The notes beneath the pieces are model-generated. The model ran no database searches. It was not told where the DNA came from and saw only the letters and a program-made list of their open reading frames with translations. A program made the translations under genes and the position numbers. A DNA stretch of 64,000 nucleotides from Diadema antillarum (Eukaryota): assembly GCF_040938485.1 (NCBI RefSeq), contig NW_027271997.1, positions 186,001-250,000 of the forward strand, given 5' to 3'. Shown in pieces: positions 38,501 to 49,373 of this stretch. How positions within the stretch are numbered: the stretch's first letter is position 1; each line of letters starts with the position of its first letter.

Positions 38501-41500
38501 TGTGCATATATGCTTCGGTGAGATCTCGATGTCAGGATAAAAGAAGCTTTGATTTCAGTCTAGGCATATTCATTGGTTTTTTTCCCAGAAAACATTTGAG
38601 ATTATTTATAGTGCATTCAATTTCTCCAAAGCCTCAATTTACTACGAGTGTTCTTCATAATTATGAAAGCCAAGACAAAGCATTGTTTTGATAAAGAATA
38701 CTAGTATACACTGACGTTCAAAAAAAGAGCCGTTGGAATAGGTAAACTAACACTTTTTGTCTGTTAAGTATTCGCTATCTTAAAGCTCACTTCCAATTAT
38801 ATAAAAGGCAAATCAACTTATGATTTCATTCAGTTCCCTGAAAGAGCATATCAAAGTGATACATGCATCTCCAATGCAGATTAAGATAGGTAACAGAAGG
38901 CCATTGATTGTTTATTCTTTCCCCGTATTTTTCCTATGATCAGGGTGGGCCGGGATATCTGTATATACTAAAGAAGAAAGTTCTGACAACGGCAAAACTG
39001 AAGAAGGAAAGCGAAGCCGACCAAGTGAGGTAAGAAATGTAAAGAAAACAAACACACACACGGACATTAATTGTTCTGCCTGTTATATTTCGATATTGTA
39101 AAGTGTTACAATGTGGTTTATTTGTATGCAAAGTATTGTTTTTTTGCCACAAATAAAACGAAGAGGTTTTGTGTCTAATATCAACTGAAATCGTATTCAT
39201 GTTATTTAGACTGTTTGTATAGCTACCTGTCAAATTGTATTATTTGTCTTTTCGTATCATATGTGACATCTATTTGTATCTGAATTTTGATAAGTGAAAG
39301 AAATTCTTTGTGAAATTAAAAATATATTTCGATTTCATGTACATGTACTTTATTTTTTGAATGTACATGCAGTTTATTATTTCATGTACATGTCCTATAT
39401 TCTTTGATATACATGCAATTTATCATTGGCGAAATGAATGATGTTGATACTTTGTGTGGCTTCATGCCATAAAACCACTTTTTTAATTCAAAAAAATACA
39501 TGATTTTTTAGAAGATATCGCCGTTGAAGTAAAAGTCACCCTGTATGTATGAAACTTCATATCAAATTTGTAGGTTTTGGAAGGAGGTGGGTAAGATGAT
39601 GAGTCGAATCAACCCGGAGGACACAGTGATTCACATTATGGGATGCAACATCCTTGGCAGTGAGAGTGGTCTGCAGGTAAGCACCATTATGTTTGTCAGC
39701 CCTCCCGATTACCCCCCCCCCCCAAGTCCTGCGCGCAATATTGTCGGTCTATGTTTACTTGCCGAGGTGATTGATTTCATTGACTTCAGTAAGTGTAGTT
39801 CAGTGACACATTCTGTACATTCATCTTGAAATGCAAGTGACTGCAGTAAATCCATGACGCATTATTAGCAAGACATTGTCACCTGGTTCTGCAAGCTAAA
39901 AGGTCTAAGAAGATCATATTTCTTGTGTCCATACGGTATTCTTTATTGCAAGTATTTACGTAAATGTTGTTATCCAACGACACATTTGATACCTGAGCAT
40001 ATATCGCTCATTATGGCACGACACACAATCATGACCGGAAATTAAGGTATGACGCAATGTCCATCAGTCTCATTGTACCCCTCTCCTCGATATAGTATAC
40101 AAATCCGACTCAGAGTAAGTGAATTATGTCTATCATGAAGACAACTGAGTAGCTATGCCTTGTGCTGTAAATCATGCGGTTTCCAAGTGAAGAGATAATC
40201 TGATTTTGTGCTCGATTCACGATTCACATCGCTGTCTCTTGAAGATTAAACAGAGACCGAGAGAAATCTATTGCCAGTCTTATTCGTCAGCTGGCACAGT
40301 GCACTCCCGTTGTAACGAATATGGCTATGACGAAACATTCAGTATAACGAAGTAAAAATTCAAGTCCTTAGATGATTGACTGCATATCTTTGTGTACTTA
40401 GTTGTTCGGCCCTGACGAAATTTTGATATGTAGAAAGAATACTGCCGTTGCTGAGGATTTCATTATAACGGGGATCCCCTGCTAGCGTATTATGAAAACA
40501 TATCTCAAATGATTTGTTTTTTAGCGAATTTTATACAAAAACTTGATACTGGTTTTCACACGGCACAGCACCGAGCTACCTTCAGGAACTATTCTATAAG
40601 TACAAAGCAACTAGATTTCTTCGTTCATCCACTGCTCATACGCTTCGAGTTCCCCGGACCTATCATTTATGGGGCAATAGAGCTTTCACGCTCAGTCTGG
40701 CTCTTCTGTCTGGAACTCATTGCCTTTGTAACTGTAAGAATGGAGACCTCTTTCCCTCTGTTCAAAAAAGAGCTCAAAACTTTTTTGTTCCAGTAACGTT
40801 GTGCTTTCTTTCAATTGTGGTCTCTTCCTGAATGAAGCAATGAGAGAGGAGGTCTTACCTTTCTGCACCGGGAGTGCCACTGTGTGATAGACATGGTGCA
40901 TTAAAAGACTCGATTATCATTGTTATTATTATCATTATTATTGTTATTATCATTACTATTACTATTACTATCATTATCATTGTTGTTGTTGTTATCATCA
41001 TCATCATTATTATCAACATCATTATTCATCAAAATTTGACTCTTTACAGATGTTTGACTACTTGGAGGACATCATGCGTCCAAACATCGTGCGGTTCGAG
41101 TCGCCATTGGAACTCACCGGTGAAGGTATAAGTTTCTCTCTTTAGCCACTCGACAAGACATACACAATGTATAACAATTTTTGACCTCGAAGTAAAGACT
41201 GATAACTCGGGAGAAAGTTGACATGATAAGGTAAAGGCAAATAAAAGATATTATTAACATGCAGAACAAAAGTGAAATCTAGCTTCTTTCAAAATTGTTT
41301 CGTTCCGGGGTAGGTACGTAATTAAAGCGCTGTGTAGAAGCTAAATTCAAGAATTTCCCCGTCCAAATTCAGGGCATGACCAACAAGGAGTAGAACATTC
41401 GTATTTTCTAAAGAGAAGCATAACATCTTTGTTTAGGCCGACTTAGAAGAAGCCTACGTCTCAAGAGTATACATTACACACTGACACTTGTACAAACCCA

Positions 41501-41682
41501 AGAACATTGCTATTTTGGATGAGCATGAACAATATTCCGAAAGAAAAGTGTATTTGTATCACTTGCTTTATGGTACAGGTGCCGAAATGATCAGCTCGTA
41601 TTTCAGCCCTGTCAAGTACCGCCTGTGGAAGTCGACCAAGTACTCGAAGTCTGAGATGAAGCTTCCACCGTCAATGAGGTGA
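21912..41682 (+). CDS. NSMF: NMDA receptor synaptonuclear signalling and neuronal migration factor orthologue (NELF/Jacob); IQ motifs + C-terminal DUF4347-like domain; 14 exons, 442 aa
   Basis: Exons 21912-21967, 25184-25263, 29423-29615, 31778-31846, 32557-32711, 33293-33391, 35807-35931, 37135-37212, 37842-37875, 38447-38517, 38944-39029, 39574-39676, 41050-41125, 41579-41682. All are GT-AG and phase-consistent (1329 nt). Peptides MGSGAS, AAQAFNE, KIQSVFRGFQDRK, LISSNVPKA, GGPGYLYILKKKV, FWKEVGKMMSRINPEDTVIHIMGCNILG, FESPLEL and YRLWKS match human NSMF as I recall it (MGAAAS, RAARAFGE, SVFRGYAERK, LISSKVPKA, GGPGHLYLLKNKV, VIHIMGCYILG, FESPLEL, YRLWKS). Confidence 0.93.
22175..22490. repeat. 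Foldback array of CCACGAG(TTCGAC) motifs in NSMF intron 1
   Basis: About five direct copies (22179-22325) face about six inverted CTCGTGG/CTCATGG copies (22347-22470). Confidence 0.6.
23330..23600 (+). mobile_element. L2 LINE 3' fragment
   Basis: Decayed GDRSFSYIAPKL peptide and an L2-type tail TTGGAAAGGCGCTATATAG. Confidence 0.55.
25311..25368. repeat. (TG)n microsatellite with CG interruptions
   Basis: Direct reading; lies about 50 nt downstream of the NSMF exon 2 donor. Confidence 0.95.
32330..32480 (+). repeat. L2/SINE-type 3' tail with degenerate (ATT/ATC)n microsatellite
   Basis: GCAATGAGCAC..AAAGGTGGACCTGTAG..TAGCCACTATTATT, homologous to the inverted copy at 36100-36190. Confidence 0.6.
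33898..34470. mobile_element. Kolobok-like non-autonomous DNA transposon in NSMF intron 6
   Basis: TTAAAGAGG start and internal blocks shared with 9358-9870. The right end is approximate. Confidence 0.6.
35488..35537. repeat. (CA)n(CG)n(CA)n alternating purine-pyrimidine tract (Z-DNA prone)
   Basis: Direct reading. Confidence 0.9.
35958..36098. other. Assembly gap (N run)
   Basis: 141 N between a (GT)n tract and an (AAT)n tract. Confidence 1.
36364..36895. mobile_element. Tc1/mariner-pogo-type MITE
   Basis: TA TSDs, TIRs CAGTGCACTCCCGTTA(C/T)AACGAA, and many internal CGTTATAACG repeats. Confidence 0.9.
37905..38062. mobile_element. Degenerate PIF/Harbinger-like MITE
   Basis: GGGGTTGTTTCAT ... 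ATGAAATGGGCCCC termini resemble those of 9063-9209. Confidence 0.45.
40297..40481. mobile_element. Tc1/pogo-type MITE, same family as 36364-36895
   Basis: CAGTGCACTCCCGTTGTAACGAA ... TTCATTATAACGGGGATCCCCTG. Confidence 0.7.
40660..41030 (+). mobile_element. L2 LINE 3' fragment with (ATT/ATC)n tail
   Basis: Decayed YGNRAF..WNSLP..FKKELKTFLFQ* followed by a degenerate trinucleotide tail at about 40915-41030. Confidence 0.6.
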
Positions 41683-42424
41683 TGCTTGGACGGACATCAA
41701 AGAGCCAAAAATAACAAAATCTCCGATTCTGCCATGAGTTTGATCAAACGATATGCCTTACAAGTCTAGACATAGGAACTATATACTAGCAGTCTCGAAA
41801 TAGCGGGAGATATTGAAAGAAAAGCGATGTATATAATGCATAATTAATGTGTGTTACAGAGTAGTGTGGAGGGGAGGGGGGGGGGGAGGGGGGAGGGGGG
41901 AGTTCAAATTACTTACTGAATACCAGATTTGATCTTTATGGCTATGTATATCGACACAACATTCCTCGTATAGTCATAAGAAAATCACACATTTTACAAT
42001 ACCATGCATAGAAGTGCAATACGTGTGAAACGAGAGTTTATTTGAAACATACAAATACAGAAGGGAAGGGAGCATACCTCCATGATATTAAACAGAAAGT
42101 ATAAATTCAATCTGACAGGGTCAAATGGCGAAGTCCTCAATTTGATAGACAAAACAACAACAATAAAAAAAGAAACTTCTGCTACCAGCACGTCACAGAC
42201 CGACTCGAGAGAGTTCTAGAGTATTATCTCAGCTGTCACAGTTAAAGGTAGAGTGTCATGTGGTGAGGGCACTGACGTCAGGTGCATGTAGAGGCAGTGC
42301 CGGTTGTGTCGCTTGAGCGGTTGAGAGTTAATTTGTCCTTTTCTTGGGTCTAGAAGATGGAATAAAACAGAAAAAAGAGATTCAGACATACTATAACTAC
42401 ATATATAGATACACACAGAATGTA

Positions 42425-45400
42425 AATTTTTTTTAGTTCCTCACTAACCCAAGTAGAGAGCAGGGCCCTTTCTTCATTGGAATGGTCACAGGGTGTGTTT
42501 GTTTGTCATTGGCGCACGTTCGACAGAGAGGAAAGAGGAGTTTACCCTCCTCGCTTCTGTAGGGGAGGACAGGATGAAAGAGTTGGCGTGGAGGACACAC
42601 CTGACATTTTACAAGTCCGAAGTAATTGCCAATGTCGTCAAAGTTGTCCGTGATCACGGTGGGATGTCCTAGAGGAAATTCGGCATACTTGCAAACCCAA
42701 GGGTATAGACTACAAACATCGACATAGTTTATGCGTTCATCATTCTATACCCTATGGTATAATTTTAGCGCATTTTCCTCCCCCCATATAATGCTTCGCG
42801 CGGTTGGAGGGGTTCCTGGAACTGGAGAGTGTCAACAAAATTTGCCACCGCCAAATCTTCCTTCAACATTTTTCTGAATTGGCACTCCCACATGGTTACC
42901 ACCGTGTACCCTTGCTTTCGTATGACGTTCAGCCGGTATGGTGCGGTCATATACATCTTGGACCGTTTCATCGGATCCCGGCAGAACGACATCCCGTCGA
43001 GGGTAGCAGCGTGGACAACCGTGCCACAGATTCCCCCAAAGTTTGTAAATGGTATTCGTGGTCCTGTCGTAACCATCGACGCGAAACCTGTCAATACGAT
43101 GCTCTCCCCAGTTCCTAGCATGGTCAATGCGTACGTTGTTTTGGTGGCTAATCCACTCCAACCATTTCAGTGCCAGAAGAGAATGCCGATCCTTCCATCT
43201 ATACCCATGGGTAGGTATGAGACCTATGGAATTTGGTTTCAGAAATTTGGTCCTAAACACGGTGTTACGGGCCGAAGCAATGGTTATGTTTTTGAAGGGA
43301 TCAATATTGCCCGTTACTTTCATGAAAAGCGTACGAAAAGCCATGCAGCCCTCCATGAGAATGTGGACGTCGGAACGACAGTATGCCAGAATTTCTTCTT
43401 CGAAGTCAAAATGATCGTTCCTGTGTGTTGAGTACCAAGCTTCGAATTCTGAACGCTTGCTTTCAGACATCCCATCGGGATCGTAAGAGGATTTGTCCGG
43501 AAGTGCTCCTTTGTAGTCTTGGTACTCAGTTTTATTGAAAACGGAGGCATAAAAAATGGGGGAAAAACCCTTTCTTCAACTCTTTGAGAGCAAAGGTAGA
43601 GGGATAAGAAGAAAGAAGCATGGCGAGATAGCTCAGAGAATCAATGACTTTTACATCATTGATTGGAAGACTACGAATCTTACCACCATTCATGATGACT
43701 TCGGGTACAATGCCTAATTGTCTGTGACAGTATTCTTTGAGAAACTGGGTATCGTATGAGCGGGCATTGTGAGCGATGGCAGTTACTCTCTCGTGATCCT
43801 CTTCCGTGCCAAATAAACATTCGCAAAATTTGTCGAGCGTGTCGTCCCCTTTGAAAATATGTTCCCTAACAAGGCAGGTTGTGCAAACGTTGCCCCCCCC
43901 CCCCCCTTATCCGCAAAACAGTCTTGACACACTCTCAGTGCAATGCACAAATTTGGAATGTGTTTAAAAACAGGCCCGTGGTCATTTTGCCCCACTTTGT
44001 CATCCTGTCTGCATTCGAAATCAAAAACGATGAATTTTTGTTTCTTGGATTTCTGCTTTTCCTGATTCTTTTTCTTATTCTTTGTCATGGTTCAGGTTGG
44101 GATCAGGAAGAGTTCTCATAAAACACTGATGCCCTTCTTTGATCACCCGTGTTTTGCATCGCTCGCAATATCCCACCCTACAATCGTGTTTTTCGGATTT
44201 TTCTCTTCTACTGTCGATTAAAACGTTGCACTTCTTGTACCTCTGCAACAGTTGGCAGATTGATCGTTGTTTTTTCAGTTTGCAAGGGTGTCTGATGATT
44301 TTCGAAACACCCTTCGGTCTTGAAACACCTGCCACAGTCAGGGCACTGTACCCAATTCTCTAACCGACAGTTTTGTTTGCTTTTGCAGCAATTGCACGTA
44401 TCGAGGCAGACGTGCTTCGATACTTGATCGTACCCCTTGAAGCAAACCCTACAGAAAGAGCTCTTACGGAGGAAAGCGGGCATGGCGACGATGACGTCAA
44501 AATACCCGTTATGGAAGAAAAGGGTCAACAATTTGCCATACTCCGGTCCCTTGTATATGAGCCCATGCGTTCCACCATTGACATACACAGCGATTTGGTA
44601 GCCTTTGTCATGGAGATACCTCTGGAATTGTTTTATTTCGGGTAAACCACATTTTTTTTTTTGGCTTTGTCCACTCCAGCCGCTTTTTGGCGAAATGTTT
44701 GCGGGTCTTCATCTTTATTGACATAGGCCACAGCCACGGCTAAAGCCCTCCCACAACAGAGATTATCTGTCTTCGAAATTTGAACGAATCTCTTTTTCTT
44801 TGCGATGAAGCGGTCCAAGGGGATCGTGTTTTCACTGGATTTGCCTCCCTCGGGCATATGAGTGTGGACAACCTTTAGATTAAATCCCCCCAAAAGCCGA
44901 AAATCTTCGTTGGATTGCATAATTTGCTCAATGATGGACAGGATTCGTTCCACCAAGGAGCTTTAAGCTCCTTAGTTCCACCGAAAGTTGATCTTTTCTC
45001 GTCAGAGGTATGCCCGCATCCTGTTTCAAATTTGGAGATGATTTGACAAAGCCTACCTCATCACCTTTCTCAAAGTTTGCCGTAACACGCATTATGATGC
45101 TTTTAAACAATGCACTTACCACATCGTGCATAGCGTAGCGTATCAAAAGGGTCTCTAAAGGGCGTATCGCCAGTCTATAGTCCGTGATGCGCCCTCTGAA
45201 ACGCGGCGCCTCCATCTCCTCCCTCGCAAGGAGATCAAAATATTCTCCGATCTGGTCCTGTGTAAAAGTAAGGAAAAAAATGTTGTTAAACATGAAACCG
45301 ACAAGACAAGCATAGTTACAAGTTGTTTCAGACACTTTTCCATCAATATTGCCAAAATTGATATCTCATGAACTTACCATCAAACTTGTTTCACTCGGTG

Positions 45401-45943
45401 AGACGTTTTCACGCGTTGTCTGGGTAGAATTTTCACCGTCCTTCTCTCGAGGGCTGGAGAATAAATCCATCTGGGTATCAATTTCGCCCTCTTGAGAAAC
45501 CGGATGCATTTCACTGTCGGGTTGTGAGAAGGACCGCGAACTTTCAGGAGGGTTCGAAGCTTCCTCACTGTCCAAGTCGGATGAATCTTCATCCTCGTTC
45601 CTCTGTTTTAATTCAAAGCATACACACAGACACAGAAAATAAAGATTACTTGCAACTATTATTCATATCGATATGATATCTAAACTTGATAATATATGAC
45701 CATATCGTGACATTGCATGTCGATTCGACGTTCAATAAAATGTAAATAAAACGTCTTTTCATATTCCGTACTTACCCCCACATTGTCACCATGCCCGGCT
45801 TGGGGAATATCGGGATCGGAGGAGTTCCCTTCCTCTACACTCTCCCACTCATCCCAGTTGAGGGATCTCCTGCGCTGATCTACCGCTTGTTGCCTCTGTT
45901 CTCTCCTCCTTTGCGCATGACACCTCCGTCTAGCGCTCGCCAT
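42425..45943 (-). pseudogene. Protein-primed DNA polymerase B (pPolB) pseudogene, spliced, C-terminally truncated
   Basis: Exons 45943-45776, 45602-45378 and 45257 to about 42425. Frameshifted motifs: DNLCCGRALAVA, Cys-rich Zn-binding region, ExoI FDFE, IAHNARSYD, KGFFPH, ExoIII YCRSDV, TIASA, Vsr-like VDGY..WHGC, PREALYGGR, motif A YVDVCSLYP, HPVLP, LLFPLCRTC. Motifs B (KxxxNSxYG) and C (YxDTD) are missing. Confidence 0.9.
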
Positions 45944-46512
45944 ATATGTAGTGTAGAGGGCCTGATGTTCGCGCTCGCGCCGTCTTGGCTAGTCCATTCA
46001 TATCCTATATGAAGCGAATAAATATGTATTGTGAGCAGACACTTACCACCACGTTGTCACCTTGGCCAGCTTGGGGAATATCGGGATCGGAGTCTTCACT
46101 CTCCAACTCGTCCCAGTTAAGGAGTCTCCTGCGCTGCTCCACCACTTGCTGCCTCTGTTCTCTCCTCCTTTGCGCATGACACCTCCGTCTAGCGCTCGCC
46201 GTATATGTAGTGTAGAGGGCCTGATGTTCGCGCTCGTCTTGGCTAGTCCATTCATATCCTATATGAAGCGAATAAATATGTATTGTGAGCAGACATTTAC
46301 CACCACGTTGTCACCTTGGCCAGCTTGGGGAATATCGGGATCGGAGTCTTCACTCTCCAACTCGTCCCAGTTGAGGAGTCTCCTGCGCTGCTCCACCACT
46401 TGCTGCCTCTGTTCTCTCCTCCTTTGCGCATGACACCTCCGTCTAGCGCTCGCCATATATGTAGTGTAGAGGGCCTGATGTTCGCGCTCGCGCCGTCTTG
46501 GCTAGTCCATTC
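45776..46512 (-). repeat. Three tandem copies (about 254-259 bp period) of pPolB leader + exon 1 + splice donor
   Basis: Exon copies at 45776-45943 (ATG), 46047-46202 (ATG mutated to ACG) and 46301-46456 (ATG), each followed by GTAAGT, GTAAGT or GTAAAT. Confidence 0.92.
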
Positions 46513-47422
46513 AGGAGTCATGTTTCCGGACATACTAGTCACGACAAGACAAACGGAGAAAAATCTGCTTACAATTTTTGTCACAATTATAGAAATCAAT
46601 GGCTATTGGCATTCACGGTCATGCGCTAAGATGCCGAGAACAAGATTATGAATGTCTTTGCGACCATAATAATATGTTTTTCATGCTTACAGCAGTACAC
46701 GTATACAAACGGTTGAACGTAGAAATATTCGCCTAAAAATTTAAGACACGTTATGTTACCAATATACTCCCTATACCTCAATCACAACATGCATACGCCT
46801 TAAGTGTACATGCTTGGCTTTATCTATTTTAACTTTCAATCTCGTTTAAGATGTTAATACGGGCAACACGTTCTCGTCTCACCTGTTCAACGATGAAATC
46901 CAGCGAATAATATGTAAAACTGCTACGCTTTTCTTAGTGCCAACGTCCACTGCAAGTCAGAACTTGTCCCGATGATGTCTGTTCTTCCAGAGTTGCTACG
47001 TCGTCAGGCTGCGGAGCTCGAATGATGAGGCCGTTGTCAAGACGGCGATATTTATACAAGTTTTTTGTTTCTTGTTTATGTGCCCAAGACTCCTTTATAG
47101 TTACAACAAATACCACTGGATGACGGTTGCTACGAATAATGATTATCATTCAAAAATGAAAATCATTCAAATGCGCGCCATTTTCCTCCTTCGTTCCTTT
47201 AAAAAAAACCAGCCAATTTTCGAACATTCTACCATTTTTCCCACCAATTATCAGCCACTATGTTATTTGTTTACCCGTTGCTTAGTTACCAGAGACGTAC
47301 ATGACCCTTCTGCGTGACCTCCTATGCAAATTAACCCATTGTTATGCTAATAACGTTACATCATCGCACCCATTGTTCGTGCTCACTCAAGCATTTGGGT
47401 CTGAGTGGACTTCCTTATTCTC

Positions 47423-47745
47423 TTACCATATCGGTATTAGGTACTCCACGTACTTGTGTCGGCGAAATTTTTCGAATCCCGGTATCCCAACACCGGTAGA
47501 TAAAGCGAGATACCCGTCCGGTATTTCGTCTAATTCGTCATCGACACTTTTTGGTATTGGTGGCACTGAGTAGGGTGGTTGGTAGACTGGTTTTTTATCT
47601 CCCACAGATCCCTGCTCGGGTTTATAGGTGATGAGTGCTCGGGTTTTATAGGTGTTGACTGCTCGAGTTTAGGTGATGACGGTTTTGGTGTCGATTTAGA
47701 GGGTGCAGATGCTCCCTTGCTCGTGGATGCACTACAGTCTTCCAT
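47423..47745 (-). pseudogene. Frameshifted Pro/Ser-rich accessory ORF of the Polinton-like element, unknown function
   Basis: ORFs 47530-47745 and 47423-47605 overlap and join into MEDCSAS...SRDL/WGDKKPVYQPPYSVPP...FRRHKYVEYLIPIW. A TATATAA lies about 55 nt upstream. Confidence 0.5.
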
Positions 47746-48099
47746 GATTTACCTGGTTTGCTATCAAGATGGTTTGTGCTCCTCTCGGCGGTTATCCTTA
47801 ATTATATAGCCAGTGACACCCTTTGTTTTGCACTCCAGGGGAGAAACCGAGTATTGGAAAATTTTGTAGTTTTCCTGCCAATAATCAATTAACCTTATGG
47901 AAGGCTGAATGGCGTAGGTGACAGCGGTTGTACGCCGCTCTGATCTGTCCCGAGATCATGAACATTCTGATCGCAAAAGATGAACTGATGAATTAAAATC
48001 GAGGAGATGTCTGGTAATGTATAGCCAGAGCTCTTAGAGCAGATACGCGACTCGGCATGGTGTGTGGCATGTATCATAAGTATATATAACTGACCTTAC

Positions 48100-49373
48100 C
48101 TGCGCCAAGTTCAATCTTCGAACAATTCCGTAAAGATGAAGGTTCAGATCTCGTCTTTCGACTTGTTCAGAACAATCTTATCCCCAATCCTCTATTGGGC
48201 TGTCCTTTCTGTAAATAAAGGAGGAAGGGCTGTAGAATTGCAATTTTGTCGGTCCTGCAGGGTAGCTTCATGTTCTGTAGTAGTGATGTGTGTTCTGACA
48301 TCTGGTCACTATCACTATTTCAGACCATGAATGGTTGGATAGAATTTGTCGGATCGCTCCCAACAAAGGCTTGAGTAATTTTGTGCCCATCTTCTTACAC
48401 CTCTTGAAGATTCCTCTACTTCTCCTCCTTTGCCCCCTTTCAGTTTCCCATATTAAGAATTATGATAGGGATTGGGTGTGTCGGGAGGGGCTGGTTCGAT
48501 TGAATCGAAATTCAGCTCGATCCAAACACAGTTTGGTGTTTGACGTTCTACATCGCTCTTGTAGGTCGTCGTATATACAAGCAGAGAGGTGAGACGTTCT
48601 CTCACCTCCCTGCTTCAACAGAATTCGACACCTCCTGCACCCTCGTCTTCCCCTTGTTCTCCTCCACCACTTTCTATCTTCCCAATATCCCTTATTACGG
48701 GTATGGGGTATCTTGGGGTTGTTTGAGGTTAGAACCAGGGAGGTGGAAGCATCGAAATCTAACTCCCGAACAGAGTTAAGGATTAATTCTTCTTCGTTGG
48801 CGTTCATCCTGGTGAAATGGTGAATCGCGGCGATTTGTATTTCTTGTACCGTCTTTTACCTCTTCTCCGGGCCGTGTTCTCCTCCTCGTGAGGAAGGAAA
48901 GAAGGGCCTGGCTCTAACAAGTCGAACTGAAACTCTTCTCCTCCCTCCCCCTCGATCCTTGCCCCAATCACCATTTCCCCTTCGTCCCTTACCACAGGTA
49001 TGGGGTATGAGGGGGGAGAGGGCTGGCTCTAAGAAATCATCAAAGTTTGACTTCCTCACGCAGCTTGGTGTAAACTCTACACCGCTTTCGATCTCTTGGT
49101 CGTTTATTATGGGTTGATAACCATAGTGAAAGCCACATCATTGATACCATGCTGCATCTGAGCGGCGTGATCCTCGTGATGAGCTCTGCGTTTGTCACAA
49201 GCAAGAGCTCTCACCAGCTTCTTGTTTAGAAGAAGCGGGAGAGTCTCGTCCTTTTATGGTAAATATAGAATGGTCGTTCTCCAAGTTGAGATAACCAGCT
49301 GCCTCCAAATCCACCTTGACAGAATTAGGCAGAAAATCGAGGAACTCCCGTTCATCGTAGTATAGTGTCATGA
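48100..49373 (-). pseudogene. Degraded accessory gene with internal imperfect repeats, unknown function
   Basis: Frame-hopping coding-like text from MTLYYDEREFLDFLPNSVKVDLEAAGYLNLEND, recurring (E/D)(L/F)xFDxLEP..P motifs, a 24-nt DNA repeat at 48688 and 48985, and an AG...CAG|GTAAGG exon at 48208-48100. Confidence 0.45.

Noticed and set aside
41860-41900. AGTAGT + G-rich tract as the Polinton terminal inverted repeat
   Set aside because: No matching inverted copy or 6-bp TSD was found near 49.5-50 kb.
45776-46512. CRISPR-like array
   Set aside because: The units are about 255-bp full duplications without unique spacers, there are no cas genes, and the context is eukaryotic.
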